Shown here one piece after another: positions 44,240 to 53,304 of a stretch of DNA of 64,000 nucleotides. This stretch comes from Deltaproteobacteria bacterium (GTDB lineage: Bacteria > Desulfobacterota > GWC2-55-46 > UBA9637): NCBI GenBank assembly GCA_016214995.1, contig JACRML010000031.1, forward strand, positions 6,453-70,452, in the 5' to 3' direction. The notes under the pieces were generated by a model. That model did not search any database and was not told where the DNA came from. It saw nothing but the letters and a program-made list of their open reading frames with translations. Both the position numbers and the translations under genes were made by a program. Numbering within the stretch: position 1 is the first letter of the stretch; the number at the start of each line of letters is the position of its first letter.

Positions 44240-44451
44240 CCCAAAAAATGCAGTTGCATTTTTTGGCAAGCGCAATCTTTGGCCAAATACTGCGTCAAAG
44301 CTGGCTGTCCCAATACTCACATACTTAAAACAGTATGCTCCGTTTTGTCCAGCCAGCTTTTCCTTGTCCCCTGATAGAAACTTTCAGGGGCAGGCTCTGG
44401 CTCAAATCTTGTGTTTGTACCAAAAAATAAAAAACAAATGCATTTTTCGGG
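44240..44451 (+). mobile_element. MITE-like element, copy 1 (212 bp)
   Basis: Terminal inverted repeats cccaaaaaatgcagttgcatttttt and aaaaacaaatgcatttttcggg. No ORF. A homologous copy is at 59129. Confidence 0.6.
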
Positions 44452-44549
44452 TTATAAACTTTCTAAAAACCTTTCACAATGTTTTGGGTGGTTTTACAGA
44501 TGCAGCACATATCTGCTTTTCTAATCATTCTCCTGTGATTTTTAACCTG

Positions 44550-45968
44550 ATGAAGAGAAAAGTAATGCTTTATACTGCCATATTCCTTTTACCCTGCTGT
44601 TGTCTTGAAGCGAGTCCGGTTAGCAAAGGCCAGCAAAATTATGCAGCTACGAAAGCCGGTGCAACAGCTTCTGACAAGGCAAATAAGTACTTCCCCATTT
44701 ACAAGGCAGGTTTCTGGATTGAAAGGCTGAATAATCCAGACGAGCTGATGCTTGCATCAGAGCAAATTGAAGAATTGAATGAGGCTATCCTTTATGAAAA
44801 TGATGAAATGGCGGATGTTACAAGGTTGGAAAACACAGCTTCAAAACAGGATTTGGTTGAATGGCTGCTTAAAGACCCTATTCCGCAGGACAAGAAGATG
44901 TTCGACAAAAAAGGTAAGGCTGTAAAAGAGGTTTTTTATAAGCAACTCTTGGATAATATGAATATTGAAGCTGTAAAAGAAACAAATGATTTGGTTTTTG
45001 GCGTAGTTGTGAAAATGACAGATATGAGGTCATTTCCAACCGATGAGCCTGTTTTTAAAAGTTCTTCTGCCAAAGATTTTGATGCATTTCAATACTCTGC
45101 CATATACCCTCCTCAGCCAGTTGCACTACTGCATAAAAGCAAGGATGGAAAGTGGGGGTTCTTTCAAACATCATTTGTAAGGGGTTGGATAAAGATTGAC
45201 AATATAGCATTTGCGGATAACAGAGATGATGTAAATCCGCATTCTGTATTTAATATCCCGTATTCCATCGTAATCACAGGAAGCAGAGTAAAGGTCCTGA
45301 AACAAGGGGTCGGGGGGCAGGGGGCAGGGGACAGGAAAAAAACAACTATTGAAACCGTTCCTATGGGAACTGCTCTGGCATTCAATGGCGAGGATAAAAA
45401 TTATTTGGTTATTAAATTTCCAGAGAAAAATAAACAAGGGCGCCTTAAATGGATAGACGGTTATATCGAAAAAAAGGCAGATGTACATATCGGGCCGCTT
45501 GCATACACCAAACGTAATGTAATAAATCAGGCATTTAAGATATTAGGGGAAGGATATGGATGGGGGGGGAGAAATGGCTTAAGGGACTGCTCCAGTTTTA
45601 TCAAAGATGTCTTTGCAACAATGGCTATTAACCTGCCGCGGCATTCCAGCCACCAGGCCACAGTTGGAACAGTGCTGGCAGACATTGCTGAATCATCTGC
45701 GACGGAGGATATAAAGAAGGCGTTGGATTCAGCAGTCCCTGGTATTACGCTTTTTGGTTTAAGCGGCCACATAATGCTTTATCTCGGCAATATAAACGGA
45801 AACTATTATACGCTTCATCAGCTTTTTGGCTACCATGATAAAGACGGCTTCAAAACCGTTAATAAGGCAGTGGTAACAAACCTTGAACTTGGCAAAGGTT
45901 CTCATATGGGCGCAATAAGGGATAGAGTAAAGAGTGTGAATCTTGTAGTGTTGGACGGGGCGAATTGA
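44550..45968 (+). CDS. NlpC/P60 (C40) cell-wall endopeptidase with N-terminal SH3b-like domains
   Basis: Signal MLYTAIFLLPCCCLEA. C-terminal catalytic Cys context GLRDCSSFIKDVF and His in SGHIMLYLG. The ORF-track start at 44115 runs through the MITE and repeat A3. Confidence 0.8.
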   Translation: MKRKVMLYTAIFLLPCCCLEASPVSKGQQNYAATKAGATASDKANKYFPIYKAGFWIERLNNPDELMLASEQIEELNEAILYENDEMADVTRLENTASKQDLVEWLLKDPIPQDKKMFDKKGKAVKEVFYKQLLDNMNIEAVKETNDLVFGVVVKMTDMRSFPTDEPVFKSSSAKDFDAFQYSAIYPPQPVALLHKSKDGKWGFFQTSFVRGWIKIDNIAFADNRDDVNPHSVFNIPYSIVITGSRVKVLKQGVGGQGAGDRKKTTIETVPMGTALAFNGEDKNYLVIKFPEKNKQGRLKWIDGYIEKKADVHIGPLAYTKRNVINQAFKILGEGYGWGGRNGLRDCSSFIKDVFATMAINLPRHSSHQATVGTVLADIAESSATEDIKKALDSAVPGITLFGLSGHIMLYLGNINGNYYTLHQLFGYHDKDGFKTVNKAVVTNLELGKGSHMGAIRDRVKSVNLVVLDGAN

Positions 45969-45970
45969 AG

Positions 45971-47212
45971 ATGGGGCAGAAGGCAAGAGGCAAGAGGCAA
46001 GAGGCAAGAGGTAAGACTATTTATCTTGCTTCTAACTTCTTGCTTCTAACTTCTTGCTTCTTGCTTCTTGCTATTCCTCTCGCTTTAGCAGCGGAACCCC
46101 CAAAAACCAAAACCGAGGTTGTAAAGAAAGAAAAGCAGCTGGAATCTCTTAAAAGGGAGATTGTAGAAAAAAAGAAAAGTTTAGAATATAATGTAAGAAA
46201 AGAGAATAATATCCTTGAAGAATTGGAAAGGCTTGATAAAGCAAGATTTAAAAAAGAGGAAGAGTTGACAGATATAGAAGATAGCATTATTAAGCTAAAA
46301 CAAAAAACCAGCGCAGTGGACATACATATTGCAACGTTGGTGCGCGAGAGAGAAAGGCTGGCAGGGTTTTTGAACCAGCGATTGGTTGCTATGTATAAGA
46401 TGAAGAAAGGCGGCGTAATACAGCCGCTCTTTTCCTCCAACTCTGTTAATGATTTTGGCAGAAGATATAAGTATATAAACAAGATAGTAGAGTATGACGT
46501 TGACCTGTTAAAGGATTACAAAGAGAATCAACTGCTTTTAGAAGCAGAAAAGGAGAGGCTTAAGGCATTTCAGGAAGAGGCATTTTCCTTAAAGGATGAG
46601 GTTGAACACAAAAAAGGAGAGATAGAAGAGGAAAAGGATAAAAAGCAAGCTCTCTTGACAGCCATAAAGAAGAAAAAGAACATACAGCTTGCTACAATAC
46701 GGGAAATGGAGGACGCTTCTAAAGAACTCCAGTCTTTTTTAGACAAATTCAGAAAGGATATGGCGGAAAATACCGGAGGAAGCCATACTTTCGGTTTTGC
46801 AGCGATGCGGGGCAATCTGCCGATGCCGGTAGCAGGGAAGATTGTTTCCCTGTATGGGAAAGTGGAGCATCCGAAATTTCGCACTGTTACTTTTAATAAT
46901 GGTATTGAAATAGCCGCAAATATGGGGGGGGAGGTTAGGTCTGTGTACAAGGGGAGGGTGGCGTATTCAGGATGGTTCAGAGGTTATGGAAAGGTTATGA
47001 TTGTAGACCATGGTGACGGCTATTTTACCCTGTTTGCCCGTCTTTCAAAAATTATTAAAGATCTGGATTCCATTGTAGAAAAAGGCGATATAGTTGCCCT
47101 TGTAGGGGATACAGGCTCCATAAAAGGTCCGCACTTATATTTTGAAGTAAGACAGAAGGGAGTACCGTTGGACCCGTTAAATTGGTTGGCTTATACAGAA
47201 AGAAAAAAGTAG
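45971..47212 (+). CDS. M23 peptidase-domain murein hydrolase activator (EnvC-like)
   Basis: Signal peptide, long coiled coil, and C-terminal M23 domain (DHGDGYFTLFARL, GPHLYFEVRQKGVPLDP). Confidence 0.85.
   Translation: MGQKARGKRQEARGKTIYLASNFLLLTSCFLLLAIPLALAAEPPKTKTEVVKKEKQLESLKREIVEKKKSLEYNVRKENNILEELERLDKARFKKEEELTDIEDSIIKLKQKTSAVDIHIATLVRERERLAGFLNQRLVAMYKMKKGGVIQPLFSSNSVNDFGRRYKYINKIVEYDVDLLKDYKENQLLLEAEKERLKAFQEEAFSLKDEVEHKKGEIEEEKDKKQALLTAIKKKKNIQLATIREMEDASKELQSFLDKFRKDMAENTGGSHTFGFAAMRGNLPMPVAGKIVSLYGKVEHPKFRTVTFNNGIEIAANMGGEVRSVYKGRVAYSGWFRGYGKVMIVDHGDGYFTLFARLSKIIKDLDSIVEKGDIVALVGDTGSIKGPHLYFEVRQKGVPLDPLNWLAYTERKK
45976..46071. repeat. Heptamer-array hairpin forming the EnvC-like signal-peptide codons
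   Basis: Arm gaaggca agaggca agaggca agaggca agaggta aga, loop ctattta, then arm tcttgcttctaacttcttgcttctaacttcttgcttcttgcttcttgc. Confidence 0.85.
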
Positions 47213-47307
47213 GCAGTAAGGAGTAGGCAGTAAGCAGGTTAGTAGGATGGGTGAAGCGCACTCATCTGTTGTAGGCTGCATGCTCCTTACTGCTTACTGC
47301 ATACTGA
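47209..47307. repeat. Heptamer-array hairpin with a nested gtaggatgg module
   Basis: gtaggca gtaagga gtaggca gtaagca gg ... ctccttactgcttactgcatactgac. Confidence 0.8.
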
Positions 47308-47330
47308 CTTCATAAGGAGGAACAAACATC

Positions 47331-48644
47331 ATGTTCAAAATGGTTAAGGGGAAAAAGCTTATTCCGTTGACTGGAATAGCAATAGTAATAAGCATTTTTT
47401 TATGGGGAATAAATCACAGGGTTTCTGCCGTACTTCCTAAGGCATATGAAAATATAAGGATATTTACAGATGTCATTTCTATTGTGCAGGATAACTATGC
47501 TGAAGAAGTGGATTCGAAGAACCTTATTTACGGTGCAGTAAAAGGCATGCTTCAAGGGCTTGACCCGCATTCATCTTTTATGGCCCCTGAAGAGTATAAA
47601 GAGATGCAGGTCGAAACCAAGGGAAGCTTTGGGGGTATTGGCATAGAGATAGGTACAAGAGACAATATGCTGACAGTTATTGCCCCAATTGAGGACACAC
47701 CGGCATTTAAGGCAGGAATAAAGGCAGGGGACAGGATAGTCAAGATTGGCGAGAAATATACAAAGGATATGAGCATAAATGATGCTGTAAAGCTTATGCG
47801 GGGGCCTAAAGGTACGAAGGTTACTATCTGGATACTCAGAGAGAGTTGGAAGGATCCGCAGGAATTTACACTTACCAGAGATATTATTGCAGTAAAGAGT
47901 GTAAAGTATAAGATCCTTGAAGAAGGGTTTGGTTATCTCCGTATTTCACAATTTCAGGAAAAGACCGCAAATGACCTTGAAGATGCATTGAATAAGCTTG
48001 GTTCAAAAGAGGGAAAGCTGAAAGGACTAGTCCTGGATTTAAGGAATAATCCCGGCGGGCTTTTACAGCAGGCTGTGGAGATTGCGGATAAGTTTTTGGA
48101 AGAGGGCCTGATTGTATACACAAAGGGGAGAGCCCCTGGCCAGGATATGAGGTTTGAAGCCAAGGCTGAAGGCACTCAGCCTCCCTACATGATAATTGTT
48201 TTGGTTAATGGAGGAAGTGCAAGTGCCTCAGAGATTGTAGCTGGCGCATTGCAGGACCATAAAAGGGCGGTGATACTGGGAACCCAAACATTTGGTAAGG
48301 GGTCTGTACAGACCATCATCCCATTAAGCGACGGTTCGGCCATAAGACTTACCACCTCTAAATACTATACACCGGCGGGTAGGTCTATACAGGCCAAAGG
48401 TATTGAGCCTGATATCACGGTGGGAGATGTTGCGACAAAAAACCATATAAAGGAAAAAGACCTGGAAAGACATCTTGAGGCAGAGGGCGGAGAGCCTCAA
48501 AAACCTGAAAAGTTAGAAAAGAAAGTAAAAGTGGAAGAAAAAGCTGAAAAAGAAAAGGAAGAGGCTGAAGACATCCAGCTTAAGAGGGCATTGGATTATT
48601 TGAAGAGCTGGTATATATTCAAAGGAACAGCTCCGAAATCATAG
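47331..48644 (+). CDS. ctpA: Carboxy-terminal processing protease (S41)
   Basis: 437 aa. PDZ (GIGIEIG..., AGIKAGDRIVKIG). S41 core NGGSASASEIVAGALQD, TFGKGSVQ. Confidence 0.9.
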   Translation: MFKMVKGKKLIPLTGIAIVISIFLWGINHRVSAVLPKAYENIRIFTDVISIVQDNYAEEVDSKNLIYGAVKGMLQGLDPHSSFMAPEEYKEMQVETKGSFGGIGIEIGTRDNMLTVIAPIEDTPAFKAGIKAGDRIVKIGEKYTKDMSINDAVKLMRGPKGTKVTIWILRESWKDPQEFTLTRDIIAVKSVKYKILEEGFGYLRISQFQEKTANDLEDALNKLGSKEGKLKGLVLDLRNNPGGLLQQAVEIADKFLEEGLIVYTKGRAPGQDMRFEAKAEGTQPPYMIIVLVNGGSASASEIVAGALQDHKRAVILGTQTFGKGSVQTIIPLSDGSAIRLTTSKYYTPAGRSIQAKGIEPDITVGDVATKNHIKEKDLERHLEAEGGEPQKPEKLEKKVKVEEKAEKEKEEAEDIQLKRALDYLKSWYIFKGTAPKS

Positions 48645-48650
48645 ATACAA

Positions 48651-48752
48651 AATCCTAATTTCTAAATCCTAATTTCTAATAAAAATCTAAATGTCCAATG
48701 GCAAAACTGGAAATTGGTAATTGGAAATTTTATTGGAAATTAGACATTAGGG
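48651..48752. repeat. AT-rich repeat-array hairpin (aatcctaatttct units)
   Basis: aatcctaatttctaaatcctaatttctaat ... attggaaattttattggaaattagacattaggg. Related to the hairpin at 62108 and the half-arm at 63883. Confidence 0.8.
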
Positions 48753-48809
48753 TTTCTTATGGTTGTATTACCCACAGGAAAGTCAGAAGAACCAAAACGG
48801 AACACGAGA

Positions 48810-49697
48810 ATGTCAAAAAACAAAACGAGTAAAAGAGGGTCTTTGAGAACAAAGACCCTCTTTATTTTTGGAATTGCACTGGGTTTTTTCATTATGGTCA
48901 TAGCAGGGTTTATTCTGTATTATGGCTATAAGAGCAAGGAGGGAGAACAAAAGAATTTACTCATACCTCCTCAAGTGGCAAAAATAGAAAAACCTCAACT
49001 TCCGCCAGCAAAGACTTTTGTCCCAAAGGCCAAGGTTGCAATAGTTATTGATGATATGGGACAGGATATAAAACAGTTGAGGGAATTATTGGAGATAGAT
49101 GTGCCTATATCAATTGCTGTATTGCCATTTTTGCCTTATTCAAAAGATGTCGCAAAAGAAGCCAATTTGAATGGAAGAGAGGTTTTGCTACACCTTCCCA
49201 TGGAGCCGAAAGATTCCAGGAATCATGACCCTGGGAAGGGGGCGCTATTTACGGATATGTCTGAGGCCAAAGTTGCTGAGCAGGTCAAGAAGGGTATTGA
49301 TGCTGTTCCGTATATTACAGGCATAAACAACCACATGGGTTCAATGTTTACGGAGGACGAGAGATTGATGAAGGTTGTATTGGAGATAGCAAAAACGAAA
49401 AACATCTTCTTCCTTGACAGCAAGACCACAAACAAATCGGCTGCCTACAGATTGGCAAAGGAGATAGGACTTAGAGCGGCAAGCAGGCAGGTATTTCTGG
49501 ATAATAAAGAAGATATAAATTATGTAAAAGCACAGATACTGGAACTTATAGAGATTGCAAAAAAGAGAGGCAGTGCAATTGCTATAGGGCATCCTCACCC
49601 GGCCACGATTTTAGCGATAAAAGAAATGATTCACACACTTAATCAAGATGTGAATGTGGTGGCTGTCTCTTCGTTGATTGACAGTGCGGGAGAATAA
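48810..49697 (+). CDS. Divergent polysaccharide deacetylase family protein (YibQ-like)
   Basis: TM anchor. AIVIDDMGQD, ISIAVLPF, EVLLHLPMEP, INNHMGS. Confidence 0.8.
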   Translation: MSKNKTSKRGSLRTKTLFIFGIALGFFIMVIAGFILYYGYKSKEGEQKNLLIPPQVAKIEKPQLPPAKTFVPKAKVAIVIDDMGQDIKQLRELLEIDVPISIAVLPFLPYSKDVAKEANLNGREVLLHLPMEPKDSRNHDPGKGALFTDMSEAKVAEQVKKGIDAVPYITGINNHMGSMFTEDERLMKVVLEIAKTKNIFFLDSKTTNKSAAYRLAKEIGLRAASRQVFLDNKEDINYVKAQILELIEIAKKRGSAIAIGHPHPATILAIKEMIHTLNQDVNVVAVSSLIDSAGE

Positions 49698-49708
49698 TGG
49701 TAAAAGAT

Positions 49709-49772
49709 GCCGTGATGCGTGTCCGTGAACCGTGAAAAAATTACGGTCACGGACAACGGACACGGATAACGG
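49709..49772. repeat. Repeat-array hairpin (ccgtgNN units)
   Basis: gccgtgatgcgtgtccgtgaaccgtga, loop, then ttacggtcacggacaacggacacggataacgg. Confidence 0.85.
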
Positions 49773-49787
49773 TTGTTGGGAGGTTTG

Positions 49788-50696
49788 ATGAGCATTCTTG
49801 TTGTTGGTTCTGTTGCATTTGATTCGGTTGAAACACCGTTTGGGAAGGCTGATAATGTGCTGGGAGGTTCTGCAACCTATTTTTCTGCCGCTGCCAGCTA
49901 TTTTTCTGAAGTCAAACTGGTGGCTGTGGTTGGCGAGGATTTTCCAGATGAGCATATAGATTTTTTAAAAGATAAGGGTGTGGATGTAACCGGCCTGCAA
50001 AGGATGCAGGGGAAGACATTTCATTGGGAAGGGCGGTATGACTATGACCTGAATGAAGCCCATACGCTTGCAACCCATTTGAATGTCTTTGAAAAATTTC
50101 AGCCTGATATACCGGCGGCTTACAGGAAATCGTCGTATGTATTCCTTGCAAATATTGACCCTGATATTCAATGGAATGTGCTTGAACAGGTTGAAAGGCC
50201 GAAATTTATTGCATGCGACACCATGAACTTTTGGATAGAGGGCAAACCCGATGCCTTAAAAAGGCTTTTATCAAAGGTTGACCTTTTTGTTTTAAATGAA
50301 GGCGAAGCAAGGGAGTTTGCAAAAGAGCCTAATCTCGTCAAGGCTGCCAAAAAGATTATATCCTACGGGCCAAAAACAATTATAATCAAGAGGGGTGAGT
50401 ATGGGGCGTTGATGTTCAACGGCGGTTCCATATTTTCTGCCCCTGCCTATCCGCTGGAATCAATATTCGACCCGACCGGCGCAGGGGATAGTTTTGCCGG
50501 CGGCTTAATGGGATATTTAGCAAATACAGATGATGCAAGCGAGGCAAATATTCGGCAGGCCATTATCTTTGGCAGTGTTATGGCATCTTTTAATGTAGAG
50601 GATTTCAGCCTGAACAGGATGAGAACCTTAACGCTGAAAGAGATTCGGGAAAGATACCGGCAGTTTAAGCAATTGACCCATTTTGAGGATATATGA
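49788..50696 (+). CDS. PfkB-family carbohydrate kinase
   Basis: ILVVGSVAFD and DPTGAGDSFAGG (the PfkB signature 2 region). GGGAGG SD before ATG 49788. Confidence 0.8.
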   Translation: MSILVVGSVAFDSVETPFGKADNVLGGSATYFSAAASYFSEVKLVAVVGEDFPDEHIDFLKDKGVDVTGLQRMQGKTFHWEGRYDYDLNEAHTLATHLNVFEKFQPDIPAAYRKSSYVFLANIDPDIQWNVLEQVERPKFIACDTMNFWIEGKPDALKRLLSKVDLFVLNEGEAREFAKEPNLVKAAKKIISYGPKTIIIKRGEYGALMFNGGSIFSAPAYPLESIFDPTGAGDSFAGGLMGYLANTDDASEANIRQAIIFGSVMASFNVEDFSLNRMRTLTLKEIRERYRQFKQLTHFEDI

Positions 50697-50743
50697 GTAA
50701 GAAACAGGCAATGGACTATGGGTTATAGGCTAAAGGAGCTAAA

Positions 50744-51568
50744 ATGACACAGGAATCAGAAGTCGGAAGTCAGAAGTCAGAAATTAGAAGTCAGAGGTTA
50801 GAAGCAAGAAGCAAGAAAAAATCTTGCATCTTGCACCTTGCATCTTGCATCTTACTGTTCACTGTCTTTTACAGCTGTGCCTCTGATGCAAGCCGAAAAG
50901 ACGATGCAGATATACATTATAAGATTGGCGTTGTTCATCTTAATGAAGGGAACATCCCTGAGGCTATGAAAGAGTTGACGACTGCTGTGGAGAAATATCA
51001 CAAAGAGGCCTCATTTCACAATGCGCTTGGCCTGGCATATTTTGCTAAAGGTATGCATGAAGATGCAGTAAAGCATATGAAAGAGGCTACAAGTATAAAC
51101 CCGAAGTTTTCTGATGCCCATACAAATCTTGCAGCTGTTTATCTTGAAAAAAAGGAGTGGGATTTAGCTGTAGCAGAAGCCAAGCTTGCTCTATCCGATA
51201 TTTTTTACACTACCCCGGAATTTGCTTATTTCAATATGGGACGCGCCTTTTATGAGAAGGCTGATTATGCAAAGGCAGAAGAAAGCTATAAAAAGGCAAT
51301 AGAGAGCAATCCAAAATATATTGTTGCCTACAACAATATGGGTCTTACCTATATGAAGATGAACAGAGATAAAGAGGCGGCAGATATGTTCAGGCTTGCG
51401 ATAAGGAATGCGCCAAATTATGTTGATGCCCATTACAGACTTGGTCTTGTTTTGATAAACCTGAAGGATAAGAAGGGGGCATTCAATGAATTTCAGGAGG
51501 TTATAAAACTTGCTCCTGACAGCGAGACGGCAAGGTCTGCCAAAAGTTACATAGACTTGTTAAAATAG
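50744..51568 (+). CDS. TPR-repeat lipoprotein (PilW/PilF-like, upstream of rodZ)
   Basis: AGGAG SD. N-terminus from the repeat hairpin ends in a possible lipobox VFYSC, followed by multiple TPRs. The conserved pilW-rodZ neighbourhood supports the call. Confidence 0.7.
   Translation: MTQESEVGSQKSEIRSQRLEARSKKKSCILHLASCILLFTVFYSCASDASRKDDADIHYKIGVVHLNEGNIPEAMKELTTAVEKYHKEASFHNALGLAYFAKGMHEDAVKHMKEATSINPKFSDAHTNLAAVYLEKKEWDLAVAEAKLALSDIFYTTPEFAYFNMGRAFYEKADYAKAEESYKKAIESNPKYIVAYNNMGLTYMKMNRDKEAADMFRLAIRNAPNYVDAHYRLGLVLINLKDKKGAFNEFQEVIKLAPDSETARSAKSYIDLLK
50756..50857. repeat. Heptamer-array hairpin forming the TPR lipoprotein signal-peptide codons
   Basis: tcagaag tcggaag tcagaag tcagaaa ttagaag tcagagg ttagaag caagaag caaga, loop aaaaa, then tcttgca tcttgca ccttgca tcttgca tcttactg. 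Confidence 0.85.
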
Positions 51569-51594
51569 CGAGGTTTTTAATCGCTATTTTACGG
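51559..51594 (+). repeat. Family A hairpin module alone (A5)
   Basis: gttaaaatagcgaggtttttaatcgctattttacgg. Overlaps the last codons and stop of the TPR gene. Confidence 0.85.
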
Positions 51595-51606
51595 AGATAG
51601 ATATAC

Positions 51607-52542
51607 ATGGAAAGTCCTGGAGAATATCTTAAGAGAGAGAGAGAGATTAGGGGTATCCCATTAGAAGATATTTCTAATGCAACCAAGGTAAGGGTAGGGC
51701 TTCTTACTGCTATAGAGAGAAACGATTTTGATGTCTTGCCATCAGCGCCTTTTGTAAAAGGTTTTATACAGGCATATTGTAAATATCTTGGTCTGGATGT
51801 GCAGGATGCATTGCTGCGCTATGAGGCATATATTCGTATTGCAGAGGATGAAACATCTGCCATGAAACAGAAGTCCGGAGCTATTACTCAACCACCAATT
51901 AAGCCTGGGGTTGAAAATTCTGTGTCTTATTCGCAGCTTTCAATTATAGGCATTGCGGCCATCGCACTATTGATAATAGTAGGCGGCGTGTATATTATAT
52001 CAAAATCAAAGAGGCAGCCGTCTGCTACCCCTGATTCTTCTGTTCGGCAAGTTGATGGCTCATCCAATTTTCAAACAAGGGAGAGTCAAACCGGGCACAG
52101 GGTGGGGCGTGAAGTTATTGCAAAAAAAGAAGCGTCTTCTTTGCCAACAAAATCTGAAGCCCAATCAAATCCAACCCATGAAGCTTCTGCCTCTAAGGTA
52201 TCAATAAAAAAAGAAAATAAAGATGCAAAAGATATGTTGCCAGATAATGTTGTTATTGATAAAGGTCCTCTTGTACTAATCATAGAGGCTACAAAGCCTA
52301 CGTGGATTAAAGCTGAGGTTGACGGCATGAACCCGTTTGAGGTGTCTCTAAAGCAGGGGGAAAAGATAAAATGGAATGCGAAAGAAAGGTTTTCTATTCT
52401 TATAGGAAACGCAGGTGGTGTTAATGTAATATTTAACGACAATCTGCTTGGCAGTTTGGGGGATGAGGGTAAGGTGGTAAAACTTGTTCTGCCAAAGGAA
52501 AGACTACAGACTCCGGACTCAAGACCACAGACTCAAAACTAA
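51607..52542 (+). CDS. rodZ: Cytoskeleton protein RodZ
   Basis: N-terminal HTH GEYLKREREIRGIPLEDIS..., FVKGFIQAYCKYLGLD, a TM segment, and a C-terminal DUF4115-like domain. Confidence 0.85.
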   Translation: MESPGEYLKREREIRGIPLEDISNATKVRVGLLTAIERNDFDVLPSAPFVKGFIQAYCKYLGLDVQDALLRYEAYIRIAEDETSAMKQKSGAITQPPIKPGVENSVSYSQLSIIGIAAIALLIIVGGVYIISKSKRQPSATPDSSVRQVDGSSNFQTRESQTGHRVGREVIAKKEASSLPTKSEAQSNPTHEASASKVSIKKENKDAKDMLPDNVVIDKGPLVLIIEATKPTWIKAEVDGMNPFEVSLKQGEKIKWNAKERFSILIGNAGGVNVIFNDNLLGSLGDEGKVVKLVLPKERLQTPDSRPQTQN

Positions 52543-52578
52543 GATTTTGGGCGTTAAAACTTTGGTCTTGAGTCTGTA
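52506..52578. repeat. Repeat hairpin overlapping the rodZ 3' end
   Basis: acagactc[cggactc]aagacca ... tggtcttgagtctgt. The 5' arm encodes the RodZ tail LQTPDSRPQTQN. Confidence 0.75.
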
Positions 52579-52595
52579 TTTCAAAGGAGATTTCA

Positions 52596-53303
52596 ATGGA
52601 AACGATCACCCGCTGCAGGAAATGCGGTAAAAAAATGAAGAGTGAGAGAGTGGATGACTACAGGGTAAAACTTGTATGCTCATGCGGCTTCTGGGAGTTT
52701 AAGACAATGCCTGCAGCCAGCAAGGCGATAAATCCATATTATCAAAGGGATACATTTTCACATGTAAAGATTGACGAGCAAGGCGGCCTTGTCTTTGAGA
52801 TTGAGAGGGCAAACAGAGAAAAGATGGAGATTATAACCCTTGAAGAGATAAGTATGCTTGCAAGTTCTGACTATGACCTGGATGATGTGCTTCAATCCGT
52901 TGTAGAAAAAACCGCAAAAAGACTGGGTGTGGATGTTTCTTCAATATACCTCTGGGACGGAAAAGAGCTTGTATTAAGGGCAACCACGAGCTTTGTAAAA
53001 GAAGCCATTGGAAAAGTCAGGCTTAAATTAGGGGAAGGCGTTACCGGTACGGCTGCGAAAGAAGGAAAATCAATATATATAAAGGATGTATCAAAAGATA
53101 AAAGATACAAAAAGTTTTCTGAATTAAGAGAACAGAATTATACATCCATGCTATCTCATCCTATTATCCACAGAGGAGATCTCTTTGGAGTGCTGAATGT
53201 CCAGACTGTTGCACCGAAAGAATTTCAGGAAGACGAACTCTATTTTGTATCTGTAATTGCCAATCTGCTCCTTGGCGCCATAAGGATTAGAAAGAAGGTA
53301 TAA
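52596..53303 (+). CDS. Zinc-ribbon plus GAF domain protein
   Basis: CRKCGKK...CSCG N-terminus. GAF core GEGVTGTAAKEGKSIYIKDVSKDKRY. Confidence 0.7.
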   Translation: METITRCRKCGKKMKSERVDDYRVKLVCSCGFWEFKTMPAASKAINPYYQRDTFSHVKIDEQGGLVFEIERANREKMEIITLEEISMLASSDYDLDDVLQSVVEKTAKRLGVDVSSIYLWDGKELVLRATTSFVKEAIGKVRLKLGEGVTGTAAKEGKSIYIKDVSKDKRYKKFSELREQNYTSMLSHPIIHRGDLFGVLNVQTVAPKEFQEDELYFVSVIANLLLGAIRIRKKV

Positions 53304-53304
53304 G

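Noticed and set aside
44115-44549. N-terminal 145-codon extension of the NlpC/P60 ORF
   Set aside because: It runs through repeat A3 and the MITE-like element (FFGKRNLWPNT is also produced by the other MITE copies). A proper signal peptide follows ATG 44550.
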